Source: Octopus vulgaris (Eukaryota). Taken from it: a stretch of DNA of 64,000 nucleotides. Made by a program: the position numbers and the translations under genes. Of the stretch, positions 42,051 through 53,034 are shown one piece after another. Within the stretch, counting starts at the first letter, position 1, and every line of letters starts with the position of its first letter. The notes below the pieces were generated by a model, which saw nothing but the letters and a program-made list of their open reading frames with translations, was not told the origin of the DNA and made no database searches. Location of the stretch: positions 46,996,001-47,060,000 of the forward strand of contig OX597824.1 in NCBI GenBank assembly GCA_951406725.2, in the 5' to 3' direction.

Positions 42051-43150
42051 GTAACAATAAAAGTTGTTTGATTATAATGAGACATAACACTTTAAAATCG
42101 TATGCTTATCATTGCCTTAATTTCCTTACAACATAACGAATGGGATATACAATTTTGGAGAATGATAATGGGATTGACACTGAGGATTTGTAAGCTAGAT
42201 AATAATCATTTGAAACCAATATTAAGAAGATGGAAAGCATCAGTGATCTTACAACTAAAAACATCGAATTTAATGTATAATATATTTTTATTTCTTAATG
42301 ACTTGGTTTTCGTAATTCATAGAACACTTCAGATACTAGTCAATACCTCTTTGTAAATATCACCTCATCTCAAACATGAACGTTAAAATGTATCTTTTAA
42401 TAGATCCCATTATCGTATATTTTATCAAATTCTTTCGGATTGTCTGCAGATGTTTATCTTAATTATTAGATAATCATGACACTATAAAGCTATAATAGTA
42501 TGCCTTTCTTTGTTGCTCATCAGTAGAATGGCTTTATAGCGTCCAGGATCTCCAAAATCTTCTCTTTTCCTACAGTTTGATAATATTAAATAAACTAGAA
42601 ACTACTTACCTCGTCCATAGTTACGATGAACAACAACGATAAGTAGGAGTCCAAGATTTTAGCACTTACTGCATTCATTTTGAAATGTTCATGTTTGAAT
42701 AAATTCGAAATAAGCTGTAACATAAGTGACATTCTTGAAATTATTGAAAAATAAGACTGACTTGTAAATTCGAGAGAAGAGATCTTTTTTTTTTTTGTAT
42801 ATGTTTATCTTAGAAATATTTGTTCTCGATATTGAATTCCCTAATAATGAATTTCAATGCATAACCCTCACTGTGTCGTCTATGTCATCAGGAAGAAGAC
42901 TAGCTTCGAGAGCATCTCGTTAAATTAACTATTTACGTGTCTCTTCTGCTACATGGTATTTGGAATGTAGGACCAAAGTAAGCAATAAGTACATACTTCG
43001 TGTGTATTAATCTAGGAAATGATTTCATATACTATCATCTTTCATCGACAAATTTTCATATATCATTAATACATTGTAACTTACTAGTCAAAATGTTTGC
43101 AGTGGATGTCTTTATTTTCCTATCGAATTCGTGTAAAACTTATCTTTTAG

Positions 43151-43318
43151 AAACTACACTAAAGAAGATCGAGATTATATATAAATGCTACTACAATGGA
43201 GAAGTACACATATTTGGGGAAGTATTCGTAGCCGTAGATAAATGTAATAAGTGCAGTTGCAAAGCCAAAGGAAAGGTAGAATGCACAAAATTGGAATGTT
43301 CTCCCTCAACAACCCCAG
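43151..43318 (+). CDS. Cys-domain exon 18 (ETTLKKIEIIYKCYYNGEVHIFGEVFVAVDKCNKCSCKAKGKVECTKLECSPSTTP)
   Basis: cttttag| ... ccag|gtaaca; 168 nt. Confidence 0.85.
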
Positions 43319-44429
43319 GTAACAATAAAAGTTGTTTGATTATAATGAGACATATCACTTTAAAATCTTATGTTTATCATTGCCTTAATTTGCTTACAAT
43401 ACAACGAATGGGATATACGATTTGGGAGAATGATAATGGGATTGACACTGAGGATTTGTAAGCCAGATAATAATCATTCGAAACCAATATTAAGAAGATG
43501 GAAAGCATCAGTGATCTTACAATTTCAAGCATCGAATTTAATGTATAATATATTTTTATTTCTTAATGACTTGGCTTTTCGTAATTCATAGAACACTTGA
43601 GACACTAGTCAATACCTCTTTGTAAATATCACCTCATCTCAAAAATGAACGTTAAAATGTATCTTTTAATAAATCCTATAATCGTATATTTTATTAAATT
43701 CTTTTGGTATTGTCTGCAGATATTTATCTGAAGTATTAGATAATCATGACACTATAAAGCCATAATAGCATGTCTTTCTTTGTTGCTCATCAGTAGAATG
43801 GTAAATAGGTTTTATAGCGTCCAGGATCTCCAAAATCTAGTGTTTCTCTTCAGTTTGATAATATTAAATAAACTAGAAACTACTTACCTCGTCCATAGTT
43901 ACGATGGACACCAACGATAAGTAGGAGTCCAAGATTTTAGCACTTACTGCATTCACTTTTGAAATGTTCATGTTTGAATAAATTCGAAATAAGCTATAAC
44001 ATAAGTGACATTTTTGAAATTATTGAAAAATAAGACTGACTTGTAAATTCGAGAGAAGAGATCTTTTTTTTTTTTGTATATGTTTATCTTAGAAATATTT
44101 GTTCTCGATATTGATTTCCCTAATAATGTATTTCAATGCGTAACCCTCACTATGTCGTCTATGTCATCAGGAAGAAGACTAGCTTCAAGAGCATCTCGTT
44201 AAATTAACTATTTACGTGTCTCTTCTGCTACATGGTATTTGGAATGTAGGACCAAAGTAAGCAATAAGTACATACTTCGTGTGTATTAATCTAGGAAATG
44301 ATTTCATATACGATCATCTTTCATCGATAAATTTTCATATATCATTAATACATTGTAACTTACTAATCAAACTTGTTGGAGTGGATGTCTTTATTTTCCT
44401 ATCGAATTCGTTTAAAACTTATCTTTTAG

Positions 44430-44597
44430 AAACTACACTAAAGAAGATCGAGACTTTATTTAAATGCTACTACAAAGGAGAAGTACACATATTTGGGGAA
44501 GTATTCATAACCATAGATAAATGTAATAAGTGCAGTTGCAAAGCCAAAGGAAAAGTAGAATGCACAAAATTGAAATGTTCTCTCTCAACACATCCAG
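44430..44597 (+). CDS. Cys-domain exon 19 (ETTLKKIETLFKCYYKGEVHIFGEVFITIDKCNKCSCKAKGKVECTKLKCSLSTHP)
   Basis: cttttag| ... ccag|gtaaaa; 168 nt. Confidence 0.85.
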
Positions 44598-44824
44598 GTA
44601 AAAATAAAAGTTGCTTGATTATAATGAGACATATCACTTTAAATTCTTATGCCTATTATTACCTAAATTTCCTTATAACATAACGAATGGGACATACTAT
44701 TTTGGAGACTGATAATGGGATTGACACAGAGGATTTGTAAACCAGATAATAATCATTCGAAACCAATATAAACGAGATGGAAAGCATCAGTGACCTTACA
44801 ACTTCAAACATCGAATTTAATGTA

Positions 44825-45037
44825 CAGGTTAGCCCAAAATTAGGTTTACAGTTATCACGTAAGCACTTTGAATGTCTTTTAAAACTTTTTATTACACATA
44901 AGTTTCTTTCTTACAATTAAGTAGATTAGCATAGAATGATTTTTTCATATTTTTTTTATAATTAAGATCTAAACTGTTAATATATGAATGCGAAAAGGAT
45001 TGTTGAATATCTGTAAACCTACTTTTGGGACACCCTG
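44825..45037. mobile_element. Tc1/mariner-type MITE with TA TSD
   Basis: TIRs caggttagcccaaaattaggtttacag and ctgtaaacctacttttgggacaccctg; the TA site is empty in sister units. Confidence 0.85.
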
Positions 45038-45887
45038 TATAGTATGTTTATTTCTTAATGACATGTTTTTTTGTAATTCATAGTACTCTTTGGATTCTTG
45101 CCAATGCTTCCTTGTAAATGTTACCTCATCTCTAACATGAACGTTAACATGAATCTTTTGATAGATTCCATTATCGTGTCTGTTATCAACTTCTTTTGGT
45201 GTTGTCTGCAGATGCTTATCTGAAGTATTAGATAATCATGACATTCTAAAGCCATAATAGCATGTCTTTGTTCCTCATCGGTAGACTGACAAATATGTTT
45301 TCCAGTCTCCAGAATCCCCAAAATTTAGTCTTTCTCTACAGCTTGATAATATTAAATAAACTAGAAACTACTCACCTCGTCTATAGTTACGATGAACACC
45401 AACAATAAGTAGAACTCCAAGGTTTTAGCACTCACTACATTCAGTTTTTAAGTGTTCTTGTTTGAATTTTCAAAATAAGCTGTAACATAAATGACATTAT
45501 TGAAATCTGAGAAATAGAATGTTTTTTGTTTTTTTTAATATTCAACTTAGAAACATTTTATCTTGACACTGAATTCTCGACCACTAACGTATTTCAATGC
45601 ATAGACAGCACTTTGTCATCTATATCATTAGGAAGAATATTGGCTCCCAGGGCATCTCGTTAAATTAACTATTTACGTGTCTCTTCTGCTACATGGCCTT
45701 TGGGGTGTGGGGACCAAAGTAAGCAATAAATACATACTTCGTGTGTAATCATCTAGGAAAGGAATTCATACCGATCAACTTTCATCGAAACTTTTCATAT
45801 ATCCTTAATATATTGTTCTTTACTGACCAAAATGTTTGGAATGGGTGTCTAATTTCACATGGAATTCGTGTAAAACTTACCTTTTAG

Positions 45888-46055
45888 AAACCACACCAGA
45901 GAAGGACGACACTTCCTCAAAATGCCACTACAATGCAGAAATATACGTAATTGGGCAAGACTTCATAGCCATAGATAAATGTAATAAGTGCAGTTGCAAA
46001 GCCAAAGGAAAAGTAGTGTGTTCAAAAAAGAAATGTCCTTCCTCATCAACTCCAG
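45888..46055 (+). CDS. Cys-domain exon 20 (ETTPEKDDTSSKCHYNAEIYVIGQDFIAIDKCNKCSCKAKGKVVCSKKKCPSSSTP)
   Basis: cttttag| ... ccag|gtaaca; 168 nt. Confidence 0.85.
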
Positions 46056-46204
46056 GTAACAATAAACATTACTTTCATACCAGCTTTGTTGTACATTATA
46101 TATTAAATGTCATCGACATTGCTTATTATTAAGTGAAATTACGCTGCATGAATTTTAAAATAGTTACAGTAGCGTGATTTTACTGTTAACATCTCTGCTT
46201 TCAG

Positions 46205-46348
46205 AACCTACAAAATGCTACTACAATGGAAAAATGTACATACTTGAACAGATATTCGTAGCTGTAGACAAATGTAATCAGTGCAGTTGCAAGCTCAAAG
46301 GAAAAGTAGAGTGCACCGAAAGGAAATGTTCTGCCACAACAGCTGTAG
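46205..46348 (+). CDS. Cys-domain exon 21 (EPTKCYYNGKMYILEQIFVAVDKCNQCSCKLKGKVECTERKCSATTAV)
   Basis: ttttcag| ... gtag|gtaata; 144 nt; preceded by a 149-bp intron. Confidence 0.8.
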
Positions 46349-46357
46349 GTAATAATA

Positions 46358-46778
46358 CTTTCTACTATAGTCACAAGGCCTGAAATTTTAGGGTTGGGGA
46401 TAGTCGATAAAATCGACCTCAGTGCTCAACTGGTACCGATTTTATCGACACCGAAAGGATGAAAGACAAAATCCACCTCGACAGCATTTGAGCTCAGACT
46501 CAGAACGTAATGAGAGAGAAGAAATGCCTCTAAGTATTTTTCCGGCGTGATAATTATTCTGCTAGCTCACCGCTTCAACTCAAGGTAATAATCCTTTCTA
46601 CGAAAGGCACAATGCCTGAAATTTTTCACGGAAGAGCTAGTAGATTACATCAACCCGGTACCTATTTTATTGACCCCAAAAGGGTGAAAGGCGAAATCGA
46701 CCTAGCCGAAATTTGAAATCACAGCGTAAAGACGGATTAAATGCTGCTCAGTGTTTTGTCTGGCGTGCTCGCCGCATT
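46358..46778 (-). mobile_element. Two tandem antisense SINE A-related copies
   Basis: Reverse complements of the SINE body at ~46358-46575 and ~46593-46778. Confidence 0.75.
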
Positions 46779-47233
46779 GACTCCAGGTAATAATAAATGA
46801 TGCTTTCAAGCCGGATGTACTGAACATTATATCTTAAAATCCATCAGCATTCTTTATGTTAAATGAAATTAAGCTGAGTCTTGGATATTTTTGTATGAAT
46901 TTTAGTACAGTGTCACAGTTTTATTGGTAACATCTCTGATAATGATTATAAAATTGTCCTGCAAGTATGTCTTTTCAGATTCTTCAGTAATATGTTATTT
47001 ATTACGATTGTGCGTAAACAACTAACGAACAACATGGCTTTCATTCTGTTTTCTTTCTTTGAATACAAACACTTCAGATATCCGATTTGTGGGAATAATA
47101 TTGGAATTGGGATAGAGGTTTTGTGAGCGAAACAAAGTTAATTTTTAACAAGATGGTTAGGTTACGCAATGTTCTTGAATTCTATAATCGTGTCCAGTAT
47201 CAAATGTTTTTTGGTATTGTCTTCAAATGTTTG

Positions 47234-48515
47234 TGACGGTGGGCTGAAACGTTCATGGGCTGACTATGAAGGAGTGATGCCAGAACTGTGAAATCTTGCA
47301 TACATTAATTCCAACTCTTCTTATTAATAACTGCATTGTTTCTTTCTAGATAAACTGATCTCTGACACTTCAAAGACTGAGGACTTCAAAAGTAGCTAGT
47401 AGCGACCTCTCTTGAAAATCGACAAAATTTGGCATCGTGGTGCAATCAAGTACCTGCAGAAAAAGGATTTAGTGCCTAACGACATTAATGTCGACATGCT
47501 TGCTGCATAAAGGAATGACGCTCCAGCTTTATCAGCAATGCAAAAGTGAGATGCTGAATTAAGGGGGTGAACAGAGAGTCTTGATGATGCCCCAAGGTTT
47601 GGACGTCGTGCAACTGCCAGCATTGATCGTATTCACCACATGCTGATGGATGACGGGCGACAGACTATAAATCAAATAACCAATGCTATTAGCATATCGT
47701 ATAAGTGAGTTGAGAATATTCTGCACGATGAACTTGGCATTACGTAGGTTTCTGCTCGGTGGGTGCTACGTCTTCTGACACCTGATCAAAGGCGCACCAG
47801 GATGATCACAATACGGGAACATCTGACATTGCTTCAGGCATATCTAGCCTGTTTCCTTGAACGTGTCCTACCGAGGATGAGTTTTGTCTTCATCACTTTG
47901 AACGAGAGACAAAGAGACAATGCATGCAATGAAAACACCCTTTCTCACCTGCTCCAAAGAAGGCCAAGGTAATTTCATCTGCAGGAAAGTTGACGGCCTC
48001 AGTTTTTTGGAATGCAAAAGGCATTGTGTTTATTGACTGTCTTTAAAAGGGCCATATTATCAATGGATAGTATTATGCCAACTTGCTGAGGCAGTTACGA
48101 AAACCTATCAAGACCAAACGCCCTGGAAAACTAACGAAAGTGGTCTTCATTGGGACAATGCCCCAGTACACAAGTGCTTGGTTTCAATGGCTGCTGTGCC
48201 AATTGTGGCTTTGGGCTGGTTGATTACCCTCCCTATTCTCCTAATTTGCCCCCATCTTACCATTATCTGCTCCCCAACATGAAAGAACACTTGGCTGCTA
48301 ACCTGTATCGCAGTCATGATGACATCATATCTGTTACTGATGACTTTTTTGAGCAATAGGAGGCAAGCTTCTTCAGCAATAGGTTCGAAGCACTACAACA
48401 CCGATGAAAGAAGTGTGGGAACCAAAAAAGGAGCTATGTTGAAAAATAAACCTCATTTGGCCACATTCGATGCAATATCTTGATTAAGATATGAACTTTC
48501 CAGCCGACCCTCGTA
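47234..48515 (+). mobile_element. Mariner transposon, full length (~1.28 kb), decayed transposase
   Basis: TIRs ggtgggctgaaacgttcat and atgaactttccagccgaccctcgta; motifs WVLRLLT and YSPNLPPSYHYLLPNMK (mariner WVPHEL and YSPDLAP equivalents). Confidence 0.85.
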
Positions 48516-49205
48516 CCTGAAGTATTATATAACCAAGTCATTTTAGTGGTATAACAGCATATGTCTATTTCTTGCCCATGACAGAAAACTAACAATCATT
48601 TTATTAGAACGACAAATATATTTTACAGTGTCCACGATCTCCAAAATCTAGTATTTCTCAAGTTTCGGGATATTCCTTTGATGTCCTGAAACATTCCCCT
48701 ATCTGTAGTTACGATGTCCATTTATTGCCAGTAACTTTTTCAGTAGAAAGAACACTTAATGATTACTAGATGTCCAACATTTTAGCGCTCACTACATTTA
48801 GTTTTAAAATGTTCTAGTTTGAATAAATTCGAAATAGGCTGTAACATAAACGACATTATTGACGTTATTGAAAGAATAAGAGTAACTAGTTATCTGAGGA
48901 ATAGAATTATTTGATCTTGACACTGATCCCCATCCCCTATCAATGTATTTCAATGCATAGTCAGTACTTTGTTGTTTATGTCATCCTTAAGAAAATTGGC
49001 TCCCAGGGCATCTCGTCAAATTAACTATTTATGTCTTTTGGGGCGTGGGACCAAAGTAAGTAATATACTTCGTATGTATTGATCTAGGAAATTATTTCTT
49101 ATATAATCATCTTTTCATCGATAAATTATCGTATATCATAATTACATTGTTATTTACTAACCAAATTTCGCTTCATACTGAATTCGTGTAAAACTAATCT
49201 TTCAG

Positions 49206-49370
49206 GAGCTACACTAAAGAATGACACTTCCTCAAAATGCGAGTACAATGGTCGAATGTATATAGTTGGGAAAGTATTCGTAGCTATAGATAAATGTAAT
49301 AATTGCAGTTGCAAGCCCAAAGGAGAAGTAGATTGTACAAAAAAGAAATGTCCTGTTCCAACAACTCCAG
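49206..49370 (+). CDS. Cys-domain exon 22 (GATLKNDTSSKCEYNGRMYIVGKVFVAIDKCNNCSCKPKGEVDCTKKKCPVPTTP)
   Basis: ctttcag| ... ccag|gtaata; 165 nt. Confidence 0.85.
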
Positions 49371-50659
49371 GTAATAATAAAAGTTGCTTTCATACCAGAT
49401 CTAAAGTACGTTATATATTATATGTCATCGATATTGCTTATGATTAAATGAAATTAAGCTGGGACTTTTATATTTTGCATAAATTTTCAGATAGACACAG
49501 TAACGTGGTGTTATTGATAACATCTCTCGTAATACTTAGAAAATTGTCCTTCACATATGACTTTCCAGATCCTTACGTACAATAAGATTTATTGTAACTG
49601 TGCATAAAGAACTTGAGAATCTAATCGCTTTCGCTGTTTCATTATTTTTTTTTTTTACTTTCTAACGCATCTGATATAGGAATTTAGAGAGTAATATTGG
49701 GATTGGAATAGAAGTTTTGAGAACCAGGCAATAATGTTTCGAAACCAATATTAAAAAAATGGAAGTCATCAGTGATCTTACAACTTCAAATTTAATGTAT
49801 AATATATGGTTATTTCTTAATGACTTGGCTTTTCGTAATTCATAATACTCTTGAGATAATAGTCAATGCCTCCTTGTAAATGTCACCTCATCTCTAACAT
49901 GAAGGTTCTCCAATGTTGTTAAAATGAATCTTTTAATAAATTCCATTATTGCATCTATTATCAAATGCTTTTGGTATTATCTGTAGATGTATATCTGGAA
50001 TATTATATAAACATAACATTCTAGAGAGATAATAGCATTTGCCTTTGTCATCGGTAGAATGACAAACATGTTTTACACTGTCCATGATCTTCAAAACCAG
50101 ATCGTCTACAGTTTCAGGACATCATTTAGAGATTGCTTATCTCATCAGTAGTTACGATGTCAGTTTATTCCCAGTAAATTTTGCATTGGAATGAAAACCA
50201 ATGATTTGTAGTTGTCCAAGATTTTAGCAATCACTACTTTCAGTTAAAATGTTCTTTTTTGAATTAACACGAAATAAGCTGTGACGTAATTGAAATTATT
50301 GAAAAATAAGAATGAATTTTAAACCTAAGAAATACCATCATTTCAGAGTCTGTTTCGTAATAAATATTGATTTTCACTCTGAATTCCCGTTTCCTACAAT
50401 GTATAGTCAGCACTTTGTCGTCTAATTCTCCAAGAATTTCGTCGTTTCTTTTGCCCCTTGGTGTTGTTGGTGGGGGACCAAAGTAGCCAATACACTTTGT
50501 ATGTTTGTTATTTGTATTAATCTAGGATATAATTTCTTATATGATCATCTCTCACCGATAAATTATCATATGTTATAATCACGGTGTGATTTGCTAACTA
50601 AACCTTTAGGAGTATGGTGTCTTTAAATCATAATGGATTCATGTAAACTTATCTTTCAG

Positions 50660-50827
50660 AACCTACGATACAGTTTAAGGAATTTGCCGTAAAATGTTAC
50701 TACAATGGTAAAATATACATGTCTGGGCAATTATTCATAGCTGCAGATAAATGTAATAATTGCAGTTGCCAGTCCAATGGAAAAGCAGTGTGTTCCGAAA
50801 AGAAATGTCCTCCCTCATCCACTCCAG
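50660..50827 (+). CDS. Cys-domain exon 23 (EPTIQFKEFAVKCYYNGKIYMSGQLFIAADKCNNCSCQSNGKAVCSEKKCPPSSTP)
   Basis: ctttcag| ... ccag|gtaata; 168 nt; absent from the ORF track. Confidence 0.85.
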
Positions 50828-51720
50828 GTAATACTAAAAGTTGTTTTCAAACCATATCTTTAACGTGACGCTCACACTGTTACTGAAGTGAGTCTTTGAA
50901 TGAATTTCATTATCGTGTACAGTATTAAATGCTTTGAGGATTTTCCGTACATTTCCGTAAGCAAGATATTCTAGTACGGGTAAATTTTGCCTGCGTTCCT
51001 CACTCACGATAGAAAACGACTAATCGCTTTGTTAGGATGGAAAATTTATTTGAGTATTCAGGATCTTAAAAATCAAATCCTTCTCCACAGTTTCAGGACA
51101 TTAAACAAATGAGAAATGCTTTTCCTCATCCGGTAAAATTTGGGATGAAATTGCGATTTGGTGTTTCAAATTACTTTCTGTGAATCAATAAATATTTTTA
51201 AAGTAATATAAACTCAATATTATTAACTTAGAAGTAATCCAGTATTTTAACATTCGCTTATTTCGGCTTAAAAATTTCGTTTTGAAAAAAATTCCAAATA
51301 AAATATAACATAAATGACATTGTTAAAATTATCGAGAAATTTGACTGAACTGTAAATCTAAGAAATAATTCTTTCAATTTTCCTCTTATTTAGTATTGAT
51401 CTCGATTTTGGTCCACTGATTCCTCTTGACATTTTAATAAGTTTGCCATCAAAATTATTTACGAACCGCGCTCTCCAGACATCGCGCTAAATTGGCCATT
51501 TATATATGCTTTATTTGGAGCGAGGTTGCTACGTGGCCTTGAGGAGAGAGAACTAAAGTAACCAGTTTACTTTGCCTGTTTATCATCAGTCTTGATCGTG
51601 AAAATAATTTCTTGTACATTCATCTATTCTCGATAAATTTTCATATATGATAAACTAAACAGAGCCTGTGAAAGAGAATTCATCACTTCATAATGAATTC
51701 ATGTAAAACTTATCTTTCAG

Positions 51721-51921
51721 AAACTAAAGAACAGAAGAAAACTTATCTTTCAGAAACTACAAAACAGAAGAACGAGACCTCGGGAAAATGCAGCTACAAT
51801 GGACAAGTATACATGTTTGGACAGATATTCATAGCTATAGATAAATGCAATAATTGCAGTTGCAAGTCGAAAGAAAAAGTAGAGTGTTCCGAAAAGAAAT
51901 GTCCTCCCTCAACCACTCCAG
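51721..51921 (+). CDS. Cys-domain exon 24 with two in-frame acceptors (starts 51721 or 51754)
   Basis: aaaacttatctttcag occurs twice, 33 nt apart; domain ..CSYNGQVYMFGQIFIAIDKCNNCSCKSKEKVECSEKKC..; ccag|gtaata. Confidence 0.8.
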
Positions 51922-52008
51922 GTAATATTCAAAAAACGTTCTCCTGAAGTTTATATCTTAAAACCTCATCGCGACTTAAAATATCAATCGAGTGTCTTTT
52001 CGTAAATA

Positions 52009-52104
<96 letters not shown>

Positions 52105-52141
52105 CAAATATGTATATATATATATCTAAACATATATATAT

Positions 52142-52557
52142 TACTCTTTACTCTTTTACTCTTTTACTTGTTTCAGTCATTTGACTGTGGCCATGCTGGA
52201 GCACCGCCTTTAGTCGAGCAAATCGACCCCGGGACTTATTCTTTGTAAAACCAGTACTTATTCTATCGGTCTCTTTTTTGCCGAACCGCTAAGTAACGGG
52301 GACGTAAACACACCAGCATCGGTTGTCAAGCAATGCTAGGGGGACAAACACAGACACACAAACACACACATACATATACATATATATACATATATACGAC
52401 AGGCTTCTTTCAGTTTCCGTCTACCAAATCCACTCACAAGGCTTTGGTCGGCCCGGGGCTATAGTAGAAGACACTTACCCAAGGTGCCACGCAGTGGGAC
52501 TGAACCCGGAACCATGCGGTTGGTAAACAAGCTACTTACCACACAGCCACTCCTGCG
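52142..52557 (-). mobile_element. tRNA-derived SINE, family B, intact copy
   Basis: Minus strand A-box tggctgtgtggt and B-box ggttcagtccc; (agagtaaa)n tail. Confidence 0.8.
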
Positions 52558-52655
52558 CTATATATATATATATATATATCTAAACATAAATATATATATA
52601 TATATAAATAGAGCATTACATATATTAAAATATAAATATATATATTAAAATATAA

Positions 52656-52716
<61 letters not shown>

Positions 52717-52806
52717 ACGGGAAGGTTTATGAAAATAAACAAAATATGTATGTATTAATATATATATATATGTATTTATTAATATATATATATATGTATG
52801 TATGTA

Positions 52807-52840
<34 letters not shown>

Positions 52841-52843
<3 letters not shown>

Positions 52844-52987
52844 TCTCTTTTACTCTTTTACTTGTTTCAGTCACTTGACTGCGGCCATGCTGGATCCCCG
52901 CCTTTAGTCGAGCAAATCGACCCCAGGACTTATTCTTTGTAAGCCTAGTATTTATTCTATCGGTCTCTTTTGCCGAACCGTTAAGTG
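52841..52987 (-). mobile_element. SINE family B, 3' part (its head lies at 60342-60373)
   Basis: Near copy of 52142-52295. Confidence 0.75.
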
Positions 52988-53034
52988 GGAACGAACAAAG
53001 ACAGGCAAACAGAAAATGCTGTAGTAGCTGCTAT

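Larger units (their letters stand above)
36620..46060 (+). repeat. Tandem array of ~1.27-kb exon+intron units (7-8 copies)
   Basis: Exon ends at 36712, 37979, 39254, 40773, 42050, 43318, 44597, 46055; the two longer spacings contain a SINE and a MITE. Confidence 0.95.

Noticed and set aside
40455-44683. 130-150 aa ORFs beginning MCINLGND that look like standalone genes with a hydrophobic leader
   Set aside because: They start at GTG in intron sequence. The upstream part is interrupted in sister units (37.7 kb, 39.0 kb), whereas the AG/GT-bounded core is always intact.
36620-46060. CRISPR-like or diversity-generating-retroelement interpretation of the repeat/variable pattern with a nearby RT
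   Set aside because: The units are kb-scale exon+intron duplications with spliceosomal signals, the differences are not restricted to adenines, and the RTs are LINE/PLE types.
52480-52557. tRNA gene
   Set aside because: The A/B boxes belong to a SINE head; no convincing cloverleaf.
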